Below are positions 32,634-44,246 of a stretch of DNA of 64,000 bases, piece by piece. Each line of letters begins with the position of its first letter. Within the stretch, counting starts at the first letter, position 1. The notes beneath the pieces were generated by a model. It saw only the letters and a list, made by a program, of their open reading frames with translations. It did not search any database and was not told where the DNA came from. Origin of the DNA: Amphiscolops sp. MND2022 (taxonomy: Eukaryota); assembly GCA_964187785.1 (NCBI GenBank), contig OZ076409.1, positions 56,732,001 to 56,796,000 of the forward strand. Direction: 5' to 3'. A program made the position numbers and the translations under genes.

Positions 32634-33355
32634 TGTAACGATAAGCGCTGGCGCTTGAACCGCAACGTAGAATGGAGGAACTAGAACAGCGAATATAATC
32701 TGGGACTTAGATCTCCGCGGCCCTAGCTCATTTTCCCTCCGAAGGAGCCAGTCCCAAGGTGGGGGAACCGTCTTGTTGGAAACTCTCTGGCCTGGTCCTA
32801 GTCTGTAATTGCTAAAAGTAACGGGCATCTTGCATGTCTCAAGACCACTGCTCAATTAGCCTTTAAAAAGGGGGCTGAAAACGGGAGGATGTTGAGCCAT
32901 AGTATTGGAGAATCTGATAAAATCGACATCAAAAAGGGGTAACCATAGATGTAAATGGGCAGCTCTCGAGCATATCAATCTACTACAACAAGGAAAGCAC
33001 AACAAGTACAACAATATCGGAAGTTTGAGTTTTTAGTAGGAACGAATTGACCATGGCTTCCCAGCGCTAGCGCTCGTCACCGCACAGGACGCCGCAGGAT
33101 CTTCAGGCGAGCATCTGGAACACCGGTTTCTGTTGCCTATGTAGTGTAAACGCCAAAGACCAAAGATGGGCACTTCACCGTGTTCTAGGGACTGTTTTCT
33201 ACGTCTTCTCTTCTCGTCGTCTCTCGCGGGGGCGATTTCTGATTTTTGATCTGCTTTTTTTTGACAGGTCTTTCGTCTGGAGCATGTTTGAGTGCCACGT
33301 CAGATTTGAACGAATTTTTGCTTCGAAAATTTTGACATGGGCAGTTACCGTTACA
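32634..33355 (-). repeat. 5' LTR of element A (722 bp)
   Basis: Direct repeat of 14478-15199. Confidence 0.97.
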
Positions 33356-33399
33356 TTTCACAACCCATATTGAGAAAGTTGAAAAGGTATTCGGAGATT

Positions 33400-34570
33400 C
33401 CTCGGTCAGATGATAGCACAACAAAGTTGCTACTTGGACAAAACACGATGTCTTTGAGGTTGTCAACAATTTGGGGCAAAAAGCTATTGACACTAGGAAA
33501 GAGAATGGAGAACTAAAGGCACACCTTGTTGCCAGAGGTTTGCAAGATCCCGACCTGGATACCTTGATCAAAGATTCCCTCATCTGCCGTCGAGAATCTC
33601 TACGCCTAGCACTTACTATAAGTGCATCGTCAGGCTGGAATTCAATTCCGCTGCTTTAGACGTTAAAACCGCCTTCCTACAGGGATTCCCTATAGACAGA
33701 GACGTTTTTCTGAAGCCGGCTAGAGTTTCAGGTTGCCGAAGATAAACTTTTGAAACTTAAAAAACGTGTTTATTGATTGCCAGATGCGTCTCGACAGTGG
33801 TTTGAGCGTGTCAAATCAGATGCTACGAAGTTGGTTTTCTCTCAAGTACTGATATTTTCATCGCCTTTGCATGCAGCAGACTTTCTGCAGTGTTCAAAAT
33901 TAGAAAACGAAGTGATTTACCTTGTACTTACCTGGGTTTGTCGGTAGAATGGCAAGAAATGCCTATAGAATTAAATTGAACAAATTCTGTGAGAATCTCC
34001 AGCAGATCCAATCAGATCTGTTCTGCAACAAAAGAATTCAACAGGTCTTCTAACGGCCGAACAAAAACGGTCTCTCAGAAGTATCCTGGACCTGCTGCTC
34101 TGGCCCGCTGTTCAATCACGACCGGATTTAGCGTTTGCAATCAGTTATTACAGCTGTTATTTAAACTGCCATTATCACGTCTCTCATTGCTGTTAACAAG
34201 CTTAGGAGATTGTCCAATTCAGAACACGTCATTTTGTTGTTTAAATCTTTGGGATTATAAGAATACTGGAGGCTTCTTTGTTTCACAGACGCATCGTTCA
34301 AAAACTTTCCTCATGGGTCGACACAAGCTGGTTATCTCATTGTTCTTTATAATCATGTTACTTTGGACTGCAACGTAATTGCCTGGAAGAGTTTCAAGCT
34401 GCGTTGAATTGAAAGAAGTGTTGTTGTCGCCGAAACCGCAGCTATCCAGGAGCTAGAAGCTTGTTTGGAGCTGCAAAACACGCTTTCTCAGGCTTTCGAT
34501 GTTTTGACCAGTTTTAAAATGTTCACGGATAGTAAACCATTGTTCGAAACAGTTTACTACAGCAAGATAT
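33400..34570 (+). pseudogene. Degraded Ty1/Copia RT-RNase H relic
   Basis: Stop- and frameshift-ridden peptides KAHLVARG, LDVKTAFLQG, RDVFLKP, LPDASRQW, IAWKS, FTDSKPLF typical of Copia RT/RNase H. Confidence 0.8.
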
Positions 34571-37214
34571 TATCAGATAACCGGGGCAGATACCTGCTTT
34601 CCCTTCCCGAACCTGCTGAATTGTCTTGATCGAGAGTTTGTTTTCAATCAGAAAAATTGCAGTCTTTTTTGCGTCCATTAGCACTGCAATTCATGTATTA
34701 GGATAGGCTACAAGAATTGAATTTAAAAAATTGATGAATTTAATTGGAATCGCAAACGTTTTTCAATAAACTCATATCAGCATCCTCAAGAGATTTAGGA
34801 GCAAGCGATTGACTGAAGTCTTTGAAAAAATAGTTTTTCAACTTTGTGAAAGTCGAGAAAAGTTCCTATTTGATAAAATTTCGCAGGAAATTCAAACAAA
34901 TAATATTGAAAAATACAAACAATTTTGAGAAACAGTCCGAGCCAACAACTTTCTCTTGTTCGTGACTGTTTTCAAGATATTCTGATTAGAAATTGCGATG
35001 ATTTAGAACGCTACTGTAGTTTGTAGTGCGAATATTTGCGAAGTAATTGTAAATAATATTATTGTTAGTTTTGCAAATTGGCAGTTTTCTTGAGACTCTT
35101 GAAAAGACTCTAACCAAGAGTTCTACGAATAGGTTCAAGGTGTTTATGTGAAGCAAGAATAAACAAGATTTTATCAAAGCGTTCCTGATTGAACAGGATT
35201 ATGTAAGAATATTCAAGATTTTGGCAAAAGTTTCGAGTTATTTTAAACTGGGATTCTTGTTTAAAGATGTTTTTCAAGAGGACTTAGAGCAGTGCATTTG
35301 AATTTATGCGTTGAGGTGAGGTTTCCGGTGTTTCAGAATTTTCAGAACCAAAAACTTTCAGCCCTAAAAGCAAAGTAGTAAAAGACAACCTAAACTTCTA
35401 GGGTTACGTTGTCCCAATCAAAAACTCCATGAAATCAGAGAATGTTTAACTCAGATTAATGGAAAATATTTTCACCGGTAGGCTCAATAACAACAGGGGG
35501 TCACTCCAATGGGAAGAAGACACACTTTGCAGGAATTAACTAGCAATGCTTATGCAACCTTATTCTTCAATAAAAATTTTGAAAAACGAAAGTTACGACG
35601 TAACTTCCGTTTTGCAAACTTTTTATGGTAGAATAATGTTGCATTTCATTGCTGGTTAATTGCTAACATTGCTAGTACTACAAAGTATTGGTGTGAATAT
35701 TTTTGTCATAAACTTTCCATTGGTGTTTTAGAGCTGTCAATCATGACATGTGATGACTGTGCTTTTTCCTGGGCTAAACTGAGCAAAACATCTAACTGGA
35801 AAGAAAGAAAAGCATACAAACAATAAACCATGAATTTTTCATTTTTGAACAACCAAATGTCTGAATCTTAAAAGCTTAGCAATTCCGAAAAGAAAAAGTT
35901 CTCATTTTGTCATTTGTAGTTGATCAAAAGAATCGAATGGCTTGAAATTGCAGATCAAAACCAACAAGATATCTGAATCAATTTTTGTCTTTTAAAATCA
36001 AAAAAGGTTTGGTTTTCAAGTTTGATCAATTGATTTAAAAATCCGCGAACACTCACGTTTTAATCAGGCGCGTTTCAACCAAAAATACTAAAACCGATCA
36101 CATGGTATCCTATTTTCCTTACAACCATGTTTACCATGTTTGCCTAAAACGGAGGAAACTGTTTCAAACGAAAACGGCATATCCGAAAAATATTTTGTGG
36201 CGACTGCCTCTGGTGGGGCAAGATTGGTACGATGACGACACGACATTGAGAAACCAGAAAAGTAGTGAAAATTCCATTTCCACGTTGACGTAGTTCGGTA
36301 ATTGCTATACAGACACCATATAGGGTGGAAAGCAATCACAAAACACAGCAGCCCCGATAGCTCGAGAAAAAACCAGGTAAAGGTCGAAAACAGGTGCGAA
36401 TTACACAGATTTACAAGGGGTAGGTTTTCTTGTCACCTTTTCATATTCATTGCTATATTCTACTAATTAGACAGGTATTCGAGACTTATAATGGTAAGCT
36501 TTGAAGAAAAATGCCGTTAAATTACCGTTATACTTTCGTTTTTGGTGGTAGGTGAGCTAAAATCTTGCAATTTGCAATGGATAGAGTTGGAATAGAATAC
36601 GTCTGAAAACTTGTTTTTTGATCTTCGTACAGAAAAAAATCAATAAGATGGGTAACCACAATAAGTTACTGAAGAGATCATTTGACGAAAAAATCATGAG
36701 TCATTCTACAGATAATGAACTCTCAACGAAACTGATATCTCAAACCAAACTAATTTTGACGCTCTGCTGTTATTTTAGGGTAGATTCCAACACGATTGTG
36801 AGTTGAAAATGTGGAAAGAAGCAATTTACCAATGTCTTTAACTCATTAGAGATTGCTTCTCAGATCTTACCCGTTTGCTCGCCCTCAATCGCAGGCAATG
36901 GCCAATTATGGTGATACTGTTTCAAGTACCATTTTGTTAATATACGGTAAAAAATGGTTTAAAAAAGTACGGTAAAGTTATTTAGTTTCCTCATGATCTA
37001 TTCGTTTATTAGGAAACCCATAAAAGTGAAACTTTTGGTAATCATTAATGATGTCGAAACTTTTATTTTCAATTTTTGAAATTATCCCGCAAGAATCTTT
37101 TGGAAGATAACACGTATCAAAGAGTAATTGCAAAGTACCGTTCAAGAAAACCTCATCAACAATGATGCTTGAAACAAGCTCGAAAACTTGGTATTCCAGC
37201 TATTTGAAAAACTT

Positions 37215-38452
37215 CCCAGGTTGATCTCTTATTAGCATCTTGCCTGCCATGACAAGATCTTACCAAATTCTTATCACTGTGAAATTTAGACGTTATTTCT
37301 CTAGATGATTATCTTGTGATTTTTAGTAGTTTTTTCAGTAGCTTCAGATCATATTCTAGAGTTTTTTAGACATGGTTACAGTTCTCTTAGATTTTTAGCT
37401 TGCGGTTGTAAAGATTATTTTATTGCAGTATTTATATTCGGCGCTTTCAAAATAAAAGAGCCCAACTCTTACATTCACTCGTTTTTGCTTTTTTTGAGAC
37501 AGACTCGACAGCGACGGAATTTTTGTTCAGGTTGTTCAATTAAACGCGTACCTCGGAAACGCACCTAACTTAGTACCAATGGTCTCCCTTTCATTTTTTC
37601 TTTTTTTAAAAAAAAAAAGAAGCATACAAAACCAAACACGACTAAAAGGCCATCCTTTCGATTTTTTTCGGCCCTGTGAGACTTTTTTAACTTTACAAAA
37701 GGAAAATTTACAATGTCTCTATAGGGTCCCCTTCAATGTTTCAATAGTTTACAACAAATTGGACGTTAAATAACCCTAAAGGGTCCCTCTTTTACATTTT
37801 TCGGCACCATGAGACGGATTCTAAAATCTCTCGTTTTTCTGCTGAAATTAGGTTTTTCAATATAATCCACCAATAATTTTTTTCCAATACTATCCCAGTT
37901 TCACGTCATACACGAAGTAAGTTGCGTTTCACTAAGGAGGAGGCGGAGGCACAAAAATGATGCGCGATATCTAAATTTTTGACGTTATAGCCGACGTAAA
38001 TTGCGTCCCATCTGGCTCAGCACGCAATATGCGAATTTTTAAATCGTTTTCCGAGCACGAAAGGCACCCTTTGGGTGTTTTGAGACTTTTTGTGAGTTTT
38101 CCATTTTAAAAAATTCCTAAGCAAACTTTTAACAATTTGCGCTTTTTAAGCCTTAAATGGATGCCGACTTGAGACGTTCCCGTCATATTAAATATTTGAA
38201 AGGACTTCAGATTTTCTTCCTATGTACCATTTCTATTTTTAATTTAATTGTTCCTGATGATATTTTTTTCACTCAGTTCTTGACAAGGTTTTGTTTGCTT
38301 GGATTTCTTGGACTTCCTTCAGTTTTCGGGACCGTGCCTGTCTTGATAAGATCTTACCATGGCAAAATGCGTACCATGGCAATATCTCAGCAAGAGCTTA
38401 GCCAAGATTTTTCGTAGATCTTGGGAAGGTATCATCGGAGGGTCAACCTGAT
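37215..38452. mobile_element. Degraded inverted copy of the 10909-11908 MITE, carrying a nested repeat
   Basis: cccaggttgatctcttattagcatcttg matches the reverse complement of the 11908 end; ggagggtcaacctg at ~38438-38450. Confidence 0.6.
37635..38185 (+). mobile_element. Dispersed non-autonomous repeat (same family as 7755-8181)
   Basis: gactaaaagg...ttttcggccctgtgagact...gccgacttgagacgttcccgtc. Confidence 0.65.
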
Positions 38453-39123
38453 TTGGGGCATAAAAAAGATTGCGAAAATTGGAAAAAAGTTGAAACAATT
38501 AACGTGAAGTGCTATTTGTGTTTTTTACATTAATCATTTCTGAGCTCTTTTTTCCAGAAGATTTCCTGTTTGGATGAAAACTTTTTCCGTTTTGACCATT
38601 GTAGAATAAATGAACCTATATTTGAGACTGACTATAGAAAAATTAAGTCAATTGAAACACAGGCTGTCCTATATGGTAGAAAGTCTGAGAATAAGGGCTC
38701 TTGAAAATCGATATTTTCTCCCCGCTCATGTCATGTTCAAAAAGGGCACGCCTTTTTGAATAATTTAGGATAATTAGAACGAAATCATTTAAATAAAAAT
38801 AACAAGAAAACAAACCTTCCTAATTCTAGCGGTGCCTTTGGATATCGTGTTTTCGGAATAACAAGAAATGAAGATGTAACGAAAACAATTTATCATTGAT
38901 TTGCATAATTTAAGCCTCATCAACTTAGTTCTCTATTGGATTTAATTCACCAATTCGTGTTCGAGGCACCAGAATGTATAGACTTGAATTCAATAATTTT
39001 ACAAACACTTTTGAAAGAAAAGTAAACAGGTAAATTAGGATTAAGATAGTTTGGAAACAAGGCAGATTTTGACGACGCCATGAGTAAAAGTTTTCAAGTT
39101 TTTTTCAGCAACCTGTTTTTGTT

Positions 39124-39299
39124 TAGATTATTGTTTTTTGTAACTTTCTGATAAAACGTTTTCACTTTTTGATAGCTGAATTTGACTCCCAATTGGTATT
39201 TGTTGCAACTGCAGTTGCAATAAATACCAATTGGGAGTCAAATTCAGCTATCAAAAAGTGAAAACGTTTTATCAGAAAGTTACAAAAAACAATAATCTA
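39124..39299. repeat. 176-bp spacerless palindrome
   Basis: 88-bp arms, centre ctg|cag at 39211/39212, one mismatch (39202 vs 39221). Confidence 0.95.
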
Positions 39300-39992
39300 T
39301 GGTACATCGCCATTTTGTTGGTGAGTAAAGGCCATCCGAGTTACTCAAAGATTTGTGTAAACAACTGTGTATTGCTAACCAGGAAACGCGAGCAGGCTGA
39401 TATTTCAAGCAAAATCTATCTCTTGCAATTTAGATAGGAAGCACTGCGAGCGTAGTCGGAACTGTTCACGATGAAGATCAGCTGACTTAATTTTACTACT
39501 TGTGCAAATCTTCCTCGATGTTTCTGTACCTGTTTTCCCCTCATTCCCTCAATGTTGGTCGTTCAATTTTCATAAACCTTTCAGTTTCAATGATTTTTTT
39601 AAACGAAACTTTGCGTTTCTTCTAAACTTTCTATAAGTTTGGTTGCAATTAGTTTCTTGCCTCAGGCTGGGGACATATGATGAAGCTTTTTATCGACGAG
39701 ATCCAATGATGACATCTGACGTGATAGTTTGTTGGACTGAAAAAGGAATACTACATTTGAAGAGTTAGAATAGCAAAGGTTACATGTAATTTGACCTTTT
39801 CCCTTGAATCCATTAAATGAAGTTAAAAATAGCGCATCCTGGAAGTTAACTTAGCGTTGCATCCGAAACATATCAGTGAATTTTCGTAATCAAATTTTCA
39901 ACCAATTATAATTTGATTTTTTCTTGTATTTCATGGCGTCTTAACATTTATATAATTTCTTGCCCAGGGGTATTTTTTTAAAAGAGTTAAAT

Positions 39993-40203
39993 TGTTGTAA
40001 TCTCTTTGCTTGACAAAAGTTAACAACATAAAACTGTATTCGAACATCAATCTTTTTTGTACTGAATAAAGATCAGCTTTTTAGGTATAGACAATAGTAG
40101 CAGGTACTAAGGACATCTAGACAATTAAGTATAATGGTATTGAACAATAGTAATGTCTGTCTATGATTTGTCCTCTAACTCTAGTTCTTTAGCTGCTGCT
40201 TCA
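39993..40203 (-). repeat. 3' LTR of element B
   Basis: TGTTGTAATC...GCTTCA, identical to 45918-46128. Confidence 0.97.
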
Positions 40204-43200
40204 CTCCCCCCTCCGCGATTGGATAATAGTTGACCAATGGGGGAGGTTTGTTCTTTATGGCGGTTTTCCGTCCAAAGCAATTTTGGTGTATTCGCGGTGG
40301 CCCGCGATTCGTCAGTTGTCCGGTTGAATTGTTCTGCCTGGACTGGCTCTTCCATTGTGTCGTTTAGTATTCGACGCTGCTGGTCTTTTCCCGAGTGTCT
40401 TCCTCGGTTTCTGGTGTCTTCTGGGCGTTTAGTCTGTTTACGGTGTTTCCTGTAATCAGATGTTATGGGATTATTAAATCTAATAATGGGGTTTGTTTTT
40501 GTTAATCTTTTCGATCTCCGTAAGTTGTGTTCTTTTGTTTCTTGTTCTATTTCGGTGCTAGAACTTAGGTTACTGATTAATTCTAGGTCGGAGGTTTCTG
40601 TTTCTAGGTTGTTTTTTTCCTTATTCTCTTTCCCTCCGTAAACGGTATTGTTGTTATTAAGAGTTACCTTACCGTTTAAGTCTTTGATAAAAAGTTCTGT
40701 GTCATTTTGTTTGGCATCTTCAATGATACGGTCGATGTCCGTATCCGTCATGTTTTCCGTAATGATGGTTAGAGGGCCGAGGCTGTCCGTTGAGCCGGTA
40801 AGTGAACCAGGGCTTTGTCTGTTGCGGACCAGTTTTGGGCGTCCTCTTCCAAATGATCCGCTTGTTTTTGTGGTTGGCGTAGTTGGGTTGCTTCGGGATT
40901 GTGTGCCCTCTGTTATTTGAGTAGTATCCATTTGTGGTGTTGTTGGATTGCTCTTCTCCGAGTCGCTGTCTGATTTGGCTTCTCGTGTCAGTCTGGGGGA
41001 TTTTATGAACCGGCCGTCCGGTCCTCTCAGTCCCATGCCTCTGTTGTTCTGTTCCTGTTCAAATTCAAAGATTGGTTTACTAATGTGTTTTCTATGTAGG
41101 ATTCTATTTTCCGCGGTTGTGACCGTGTGTTTAGTTCCCGATATGGCAGTTTGTAGTTTATTTGAGTAAGCGCTCTCAAATTTCGGTTTATTTATTCTTT
41201 TCTCGAGAAATTGAAATGGGTAGGTACTCACTCCTTTTTGTCCTTTCTTTTGTTTCATCGGTAGCTGGTCAGAGGCACCGCCAGCTCCGTTGAAGGAATA
41301 TACCTGTAGGGTATCTGGTTTTGCTGAAAAACAATTGTTTGTTATAGTTTTCAGTTTATCTAAGTTTAAAAGGTTACTGATTTCCGTATTCGGTTCTCGT
41401 CCGTAGTGTAATTCAAAAGCAGATTTCCCCAATCTCGTGTGGGGTGTTTTTCTCATCACGTTTAAGGCTATGTCTAATGCTTTGTTAAATTTTTCGCCCG
41501 CTTTTATGTTCGTTAGCATTGTCTCTTTCAAAGTCCTTACGCCGCGTTCGACCAGCCCTGTGGGGGTGTGTATATATGGTGTCCCATATATGAGTCTAAT
41601 GTGGTGATTTTTACAAAACTCTCTAAAAGTGTGGCCCGTAAATGCCGTGGCTTTATCCGTTCTAATAGTTTTCGGAATGCCGTTCAGGTTTATATATTGT
41701 TCCATGAATTTAACCGTGGTTTCGCCGTCGGTCGATTTACAAAGGCTTGCCGCCGGCCATTTGCTAAACCGGTCCATTGAGAGTAAAATAAAAAACCTTT
41801 GGTTTCTTTCGGTGAACGGTCCGATAAAATCCAGTTGTATTTCTTCGTTCGGATTGTTTAAAGCCGGTAATTGGTTTTTTTCCGTATTATGTAAGTTAGG
41901 TTTGATATTCTTACCGGACATTTTGCACGGGATGCAGCCGTCGCATTTCTTTTGTATGGCCTCGGTGATTTTTGGCCACCAGAAGTGTCGTGCCGCCATT
42001 GACATCTTGTTGATGGCGGGATGGCCTTTATGGAGGAGGCTGATCACCGTTGTTCTGAGATTTTTCGGGACAATTATGCGGTCTTCATAGAACACGAGTC
42101 CGTACCTGGTAGATAATTTTCTTCGGCATTGCTGGTATTCTTCTGGTATGTTGTCTTGTTGCTGTCTCTCAAGGCACACGAGTGTTTTTAGGAGAGTCGG
42201 GTCATTAGTTGTCTCTGTCATCAGCAACTGGAGATCTGTGGAGAAATTCTTCTCCGATTCACGTACCGCGTTTCCGAGGTCCCAGTTGTTCGGCTCTTCC
42301 GCGGTGGTTCTGGGGGCATGTCCCATTTTTATATATTGGACGCTTTTAACGCCTGCGTATTTTGCCCAATTAACTGCGGGGACTTCGAGTATGGACGGGT
42401 CTTGATCGGATTCCGAGTCAATTTCCCCTTCTTCCATCGGTACTGGTTGTTGCTGCGAGGGCCCGGGTCTGTCTTCTGTGTTGGCCGTAGCTTGCGGTCT
42501 GTCAATGTCCCAGAACGGGTCAACCGTCCATTGTTCCTGTCTTCTGGTTTCCGGTTGAAATCCCCCGTCTGGTTCTTGTTGATTTCGGCTTTCTAGGTTT
42601 CTGATGGCTTGTTGAAGTTGTTCTTCAATGACTCGTCTCTCGTTTCTCAGGAATTTGGGTTCGTGGTACTTTTTCCAGCGGCCACCTGACTGTCTATAAA
42701 CCCCGGGCTTTACAATATCTCTCCATCTAGCAATGAGATATCTAGTTTCTGTCGAGTTATCAGCTTGTTCAAGATTATCGATGGTTCTGGCGTCCATGAT
42801 AATTTTATCTTTCGGTGCGGTTTGAATTGAGCTGCTGATTTGTGAACTTTTAAGGCAATTAATGGCGATTTGTTCACGCGTTTCGGAATGTTTTGGTGTG
42901 TTGTTTGCTTTGCGCGTAGTCTCTTTTTGCGTTCCGTGTTTTGATTGGTTAAAATGGTTGCTAAGGCAACCGTATTTGGTTACGAATTTGTAGTGCGGGA
43001 TGACGTTATTGATTACGTATTCTTCGTCGTATACGTCATCGGTTTGTGGAGGTGCCGACGGGTTACGACTGAGATAATCCGTGAGTGCTAAATGTTTGCC
43101 GGCTATATGGCTGACGTTGATTGTGAAGTGCGCTAAGCGGTCGAGCCACCTCGTTAGCCGCGCGCTGTACGTTTTATTGGATCGGTTGCGTTTAATTAAT

Positions 43201-44246
43201 GGCTCTAATGCTTGGTGGTCTGTCAATAGCTTTATCGGTTTACCGTATATATAAAGACGGAAGTGTTCTAATCCCCATACGACTGCCAGTAATTCCAATT
43301 CATTGATTGCGTATTTCTTTTCTGTATCGGAAAGGAAGCGACTGGCAAATCCGATCGGTTTTAAATCTCCGTTTGGCTGTTCTTGCCACAGCGTTGCGCC
43401 CAATCCTTTTGTGCTGGCGTCCGTTGTTAGTATATTCGGACGGTTTGAATTATAGTGAGCCAGACACGGTATTTCCGTGATTTTTTGTTTTAAGTTTTCA
43501 AACGCTGTGGTATGTTCATCGGTCCAATTCCAAGTGTTATCTTTTTTTAGTAGCTGTCTTAAGATGTCGGTTTGTGCTGACAGATTTTCGATGTATTTTG
43601 ATAAATATTGAATTGCGCCTAGGAACGATTTTAGTTCCTTCTCATTTTCGGGTCTTTTCAGTTCTTTTATTGCGGTTAGTTTGTCCTGTAACGGTCTAAT
43701 ACCGTTTTGGTCAATTTTGTGGCCGATCCATTCTATTTCGGTTTTGAAAAGTTCAGATTTGTTCTCGCTTAGTCTGTAACCCGCGTTTTCTAGTCTCGTT
43801 AACACATCGATTAGTTCCTCCATGTGTTTCTGTTTTGAACCTTTGGTTACTACTATAATGTCATCTAGCCATGCTGGATGTTTGTTTTCCAACGTTTGAT
43901 CGATTTTCTCTTGGAAGATGGTCGGTATGTCCGCTAACCCGTAAAATCCTTTCAAAAAACGATAGTAACCGGTAAAATTACCTCCGGTCACCGCGAATAT
44001 GCAAAGGTCCATTGCTCGTTTCGATAATCGTAGTTGACCGTACGCATAATCTAGATCGAACTTCGAGATCCAGATTTCGTCTTCCGGTCCGTCGGCTATT
44101 TTTCTGGAGATTCTTGAAATTAGTTCCTCCATGTTTGGCATTTGTGCTTTCCTTTTTACCGTTATCTCGTTTAGTTTCCGGGAGTCCAGGGCTATTTTTA
44201 CCGATTTATCTTTTTGATCGTTATTACCGCCGGGCTTACAAAGCAT
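40161..44246 (-). CDS. pol: Element B Pol (RT, RNase H, spacer, integrase, long tail)
   Basis: DLDYAYGQ, WLDD, TTDAS, LTDHQAL, LHKGH..CIPC, LDFIG/RTDKA/VER; the stop codon lies inside the 3' LTR. Confidence 0.93.
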   Translation of the reverse strand: MLCKPGGNNDQKDKSVKIALDSRKLNEITVKRKAQMPNMEELISRISRKIADGPEDEIWISKFDLDYAYGQLRLSKRAMDLCIFAVTGGNFTGYYRFLKGFYGLADIPTIFQEKIDQTLENKHPAWLDDIIVVTKGSKQKHMEELIDVLTRLENAGYRLSENKSELFKTEIEWIGHKIDQNGIRPLQDKLTAIKELKRPENEKELKSFLGAIQYLSKYIENLSAQTDILRQLLKKDNTWNWTDEHTTAFENLKQKITEIPCLAHYNSNRPNILTTDASTKGLGATLWQEQPNGDLKPIGFASRFLSDTEKKYAINELELLAVVWGLEHFRLYIYGKPIKLLTDHQALEPLIKRNRSNKTYSARLTRWLDRLAHFTINVSHIAGKHLALTDYLSRNPSAPPQTDDVYDEEYVINNVIPHYKFVTKYGCLSNHFNQSKHGTQKETTRKANNTPKHSETREQIAINCLKSSQISSSIQTAPKDKIIMDARTIDNLEQADNSTETRYLIARWRDIVKPGVYRQSGGRWKKYHEPKFLRNERRVIEEQLQQAIRNLESRNQQEPDGGFQPETRRQEQWTVDPFWDIDRPQATANTEDRPGPSQQQPVPMEEGEIDSESDQDPSILEVPAVNWAKYAGVKSVQYIKMGHAPRTTAEEPNNWDLGNAVRESEKNFSTDLQLLMTETTNDPTLLKTLVCLERQQQDNIPEEYQQCRRKLSTRYGLVFYEDRIIVPKNLRTTVISLLHKGHPAINKMSMAARHFWWPKITEAIQKKCDGCIPCKMSGKNIKPNLHNTEKNQLPALNNPNEEIQLDFIGPFTERNQRFFILLSMDRFSKWPAASLCKSTDGETTVKFMEQYINLNGIPKTIRTDKATAFTGHTFREFCKNHHIRLIYGTPYIHTPTGLVERGVRTLKETMLTNIKAGEKFNKALDIALNVMRKTPHTRLGKSAFELHYGREPNTEISNLLNLDKLKTITNNCFSAKPDTLQVYSFNGAGGASDQLPMKQKKGQKGVSTYPFQFLEKRINKPKFESAYSNKLQTAISGTKHTVTTAENRILHRKHISKPIFEFEQEQNNRGMGLRGPDGRFIKSPRLTREAKSDSDSEKSNPTTPQMDTTQITEGTQSRSNPTTPTTKTSGSFGRGRPKLVRNRQSPGSLTGSTDSLGPLTIITENMTDTDIDRIIEDAKQNDTELFIKDLNGKVTLNNNNTVYGGKENKEKNNLETETSDLELISNLSSSTEIEQETKEHNLRRSKRLTKTNPIIRFNNPITSDYRKHRKQTKRPEDTRNRGRHSGKDQQRRILNDTMEEPVQAEQFNRTTDESRATANTPKLLWTENRHKEQTSPIGQLLSNRGGGSEAAAKELELEDKS
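40204..40214 (-). promoter_or_regulatory. Polypurine tract of element B
   Basis: GGAGGGGGGAG on the minus strand abutting the 3' LTR. Confidence 0.85.

Larger units (their letters stand above)
14478..33355 (-). mobile_element. Element A: giant 18.9-kb Ty3/Gypsy LTR retrotransposon with extra genes
   Basis: Two 722-bp TG...CA LTRs, PBS, PPT, domain order gag-PR-RT-RH-IN (Gypsy order), plus a C-terminal extension and a second large gene; interior visibly more GC-rich than the flanks. Confidence 0.97.
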
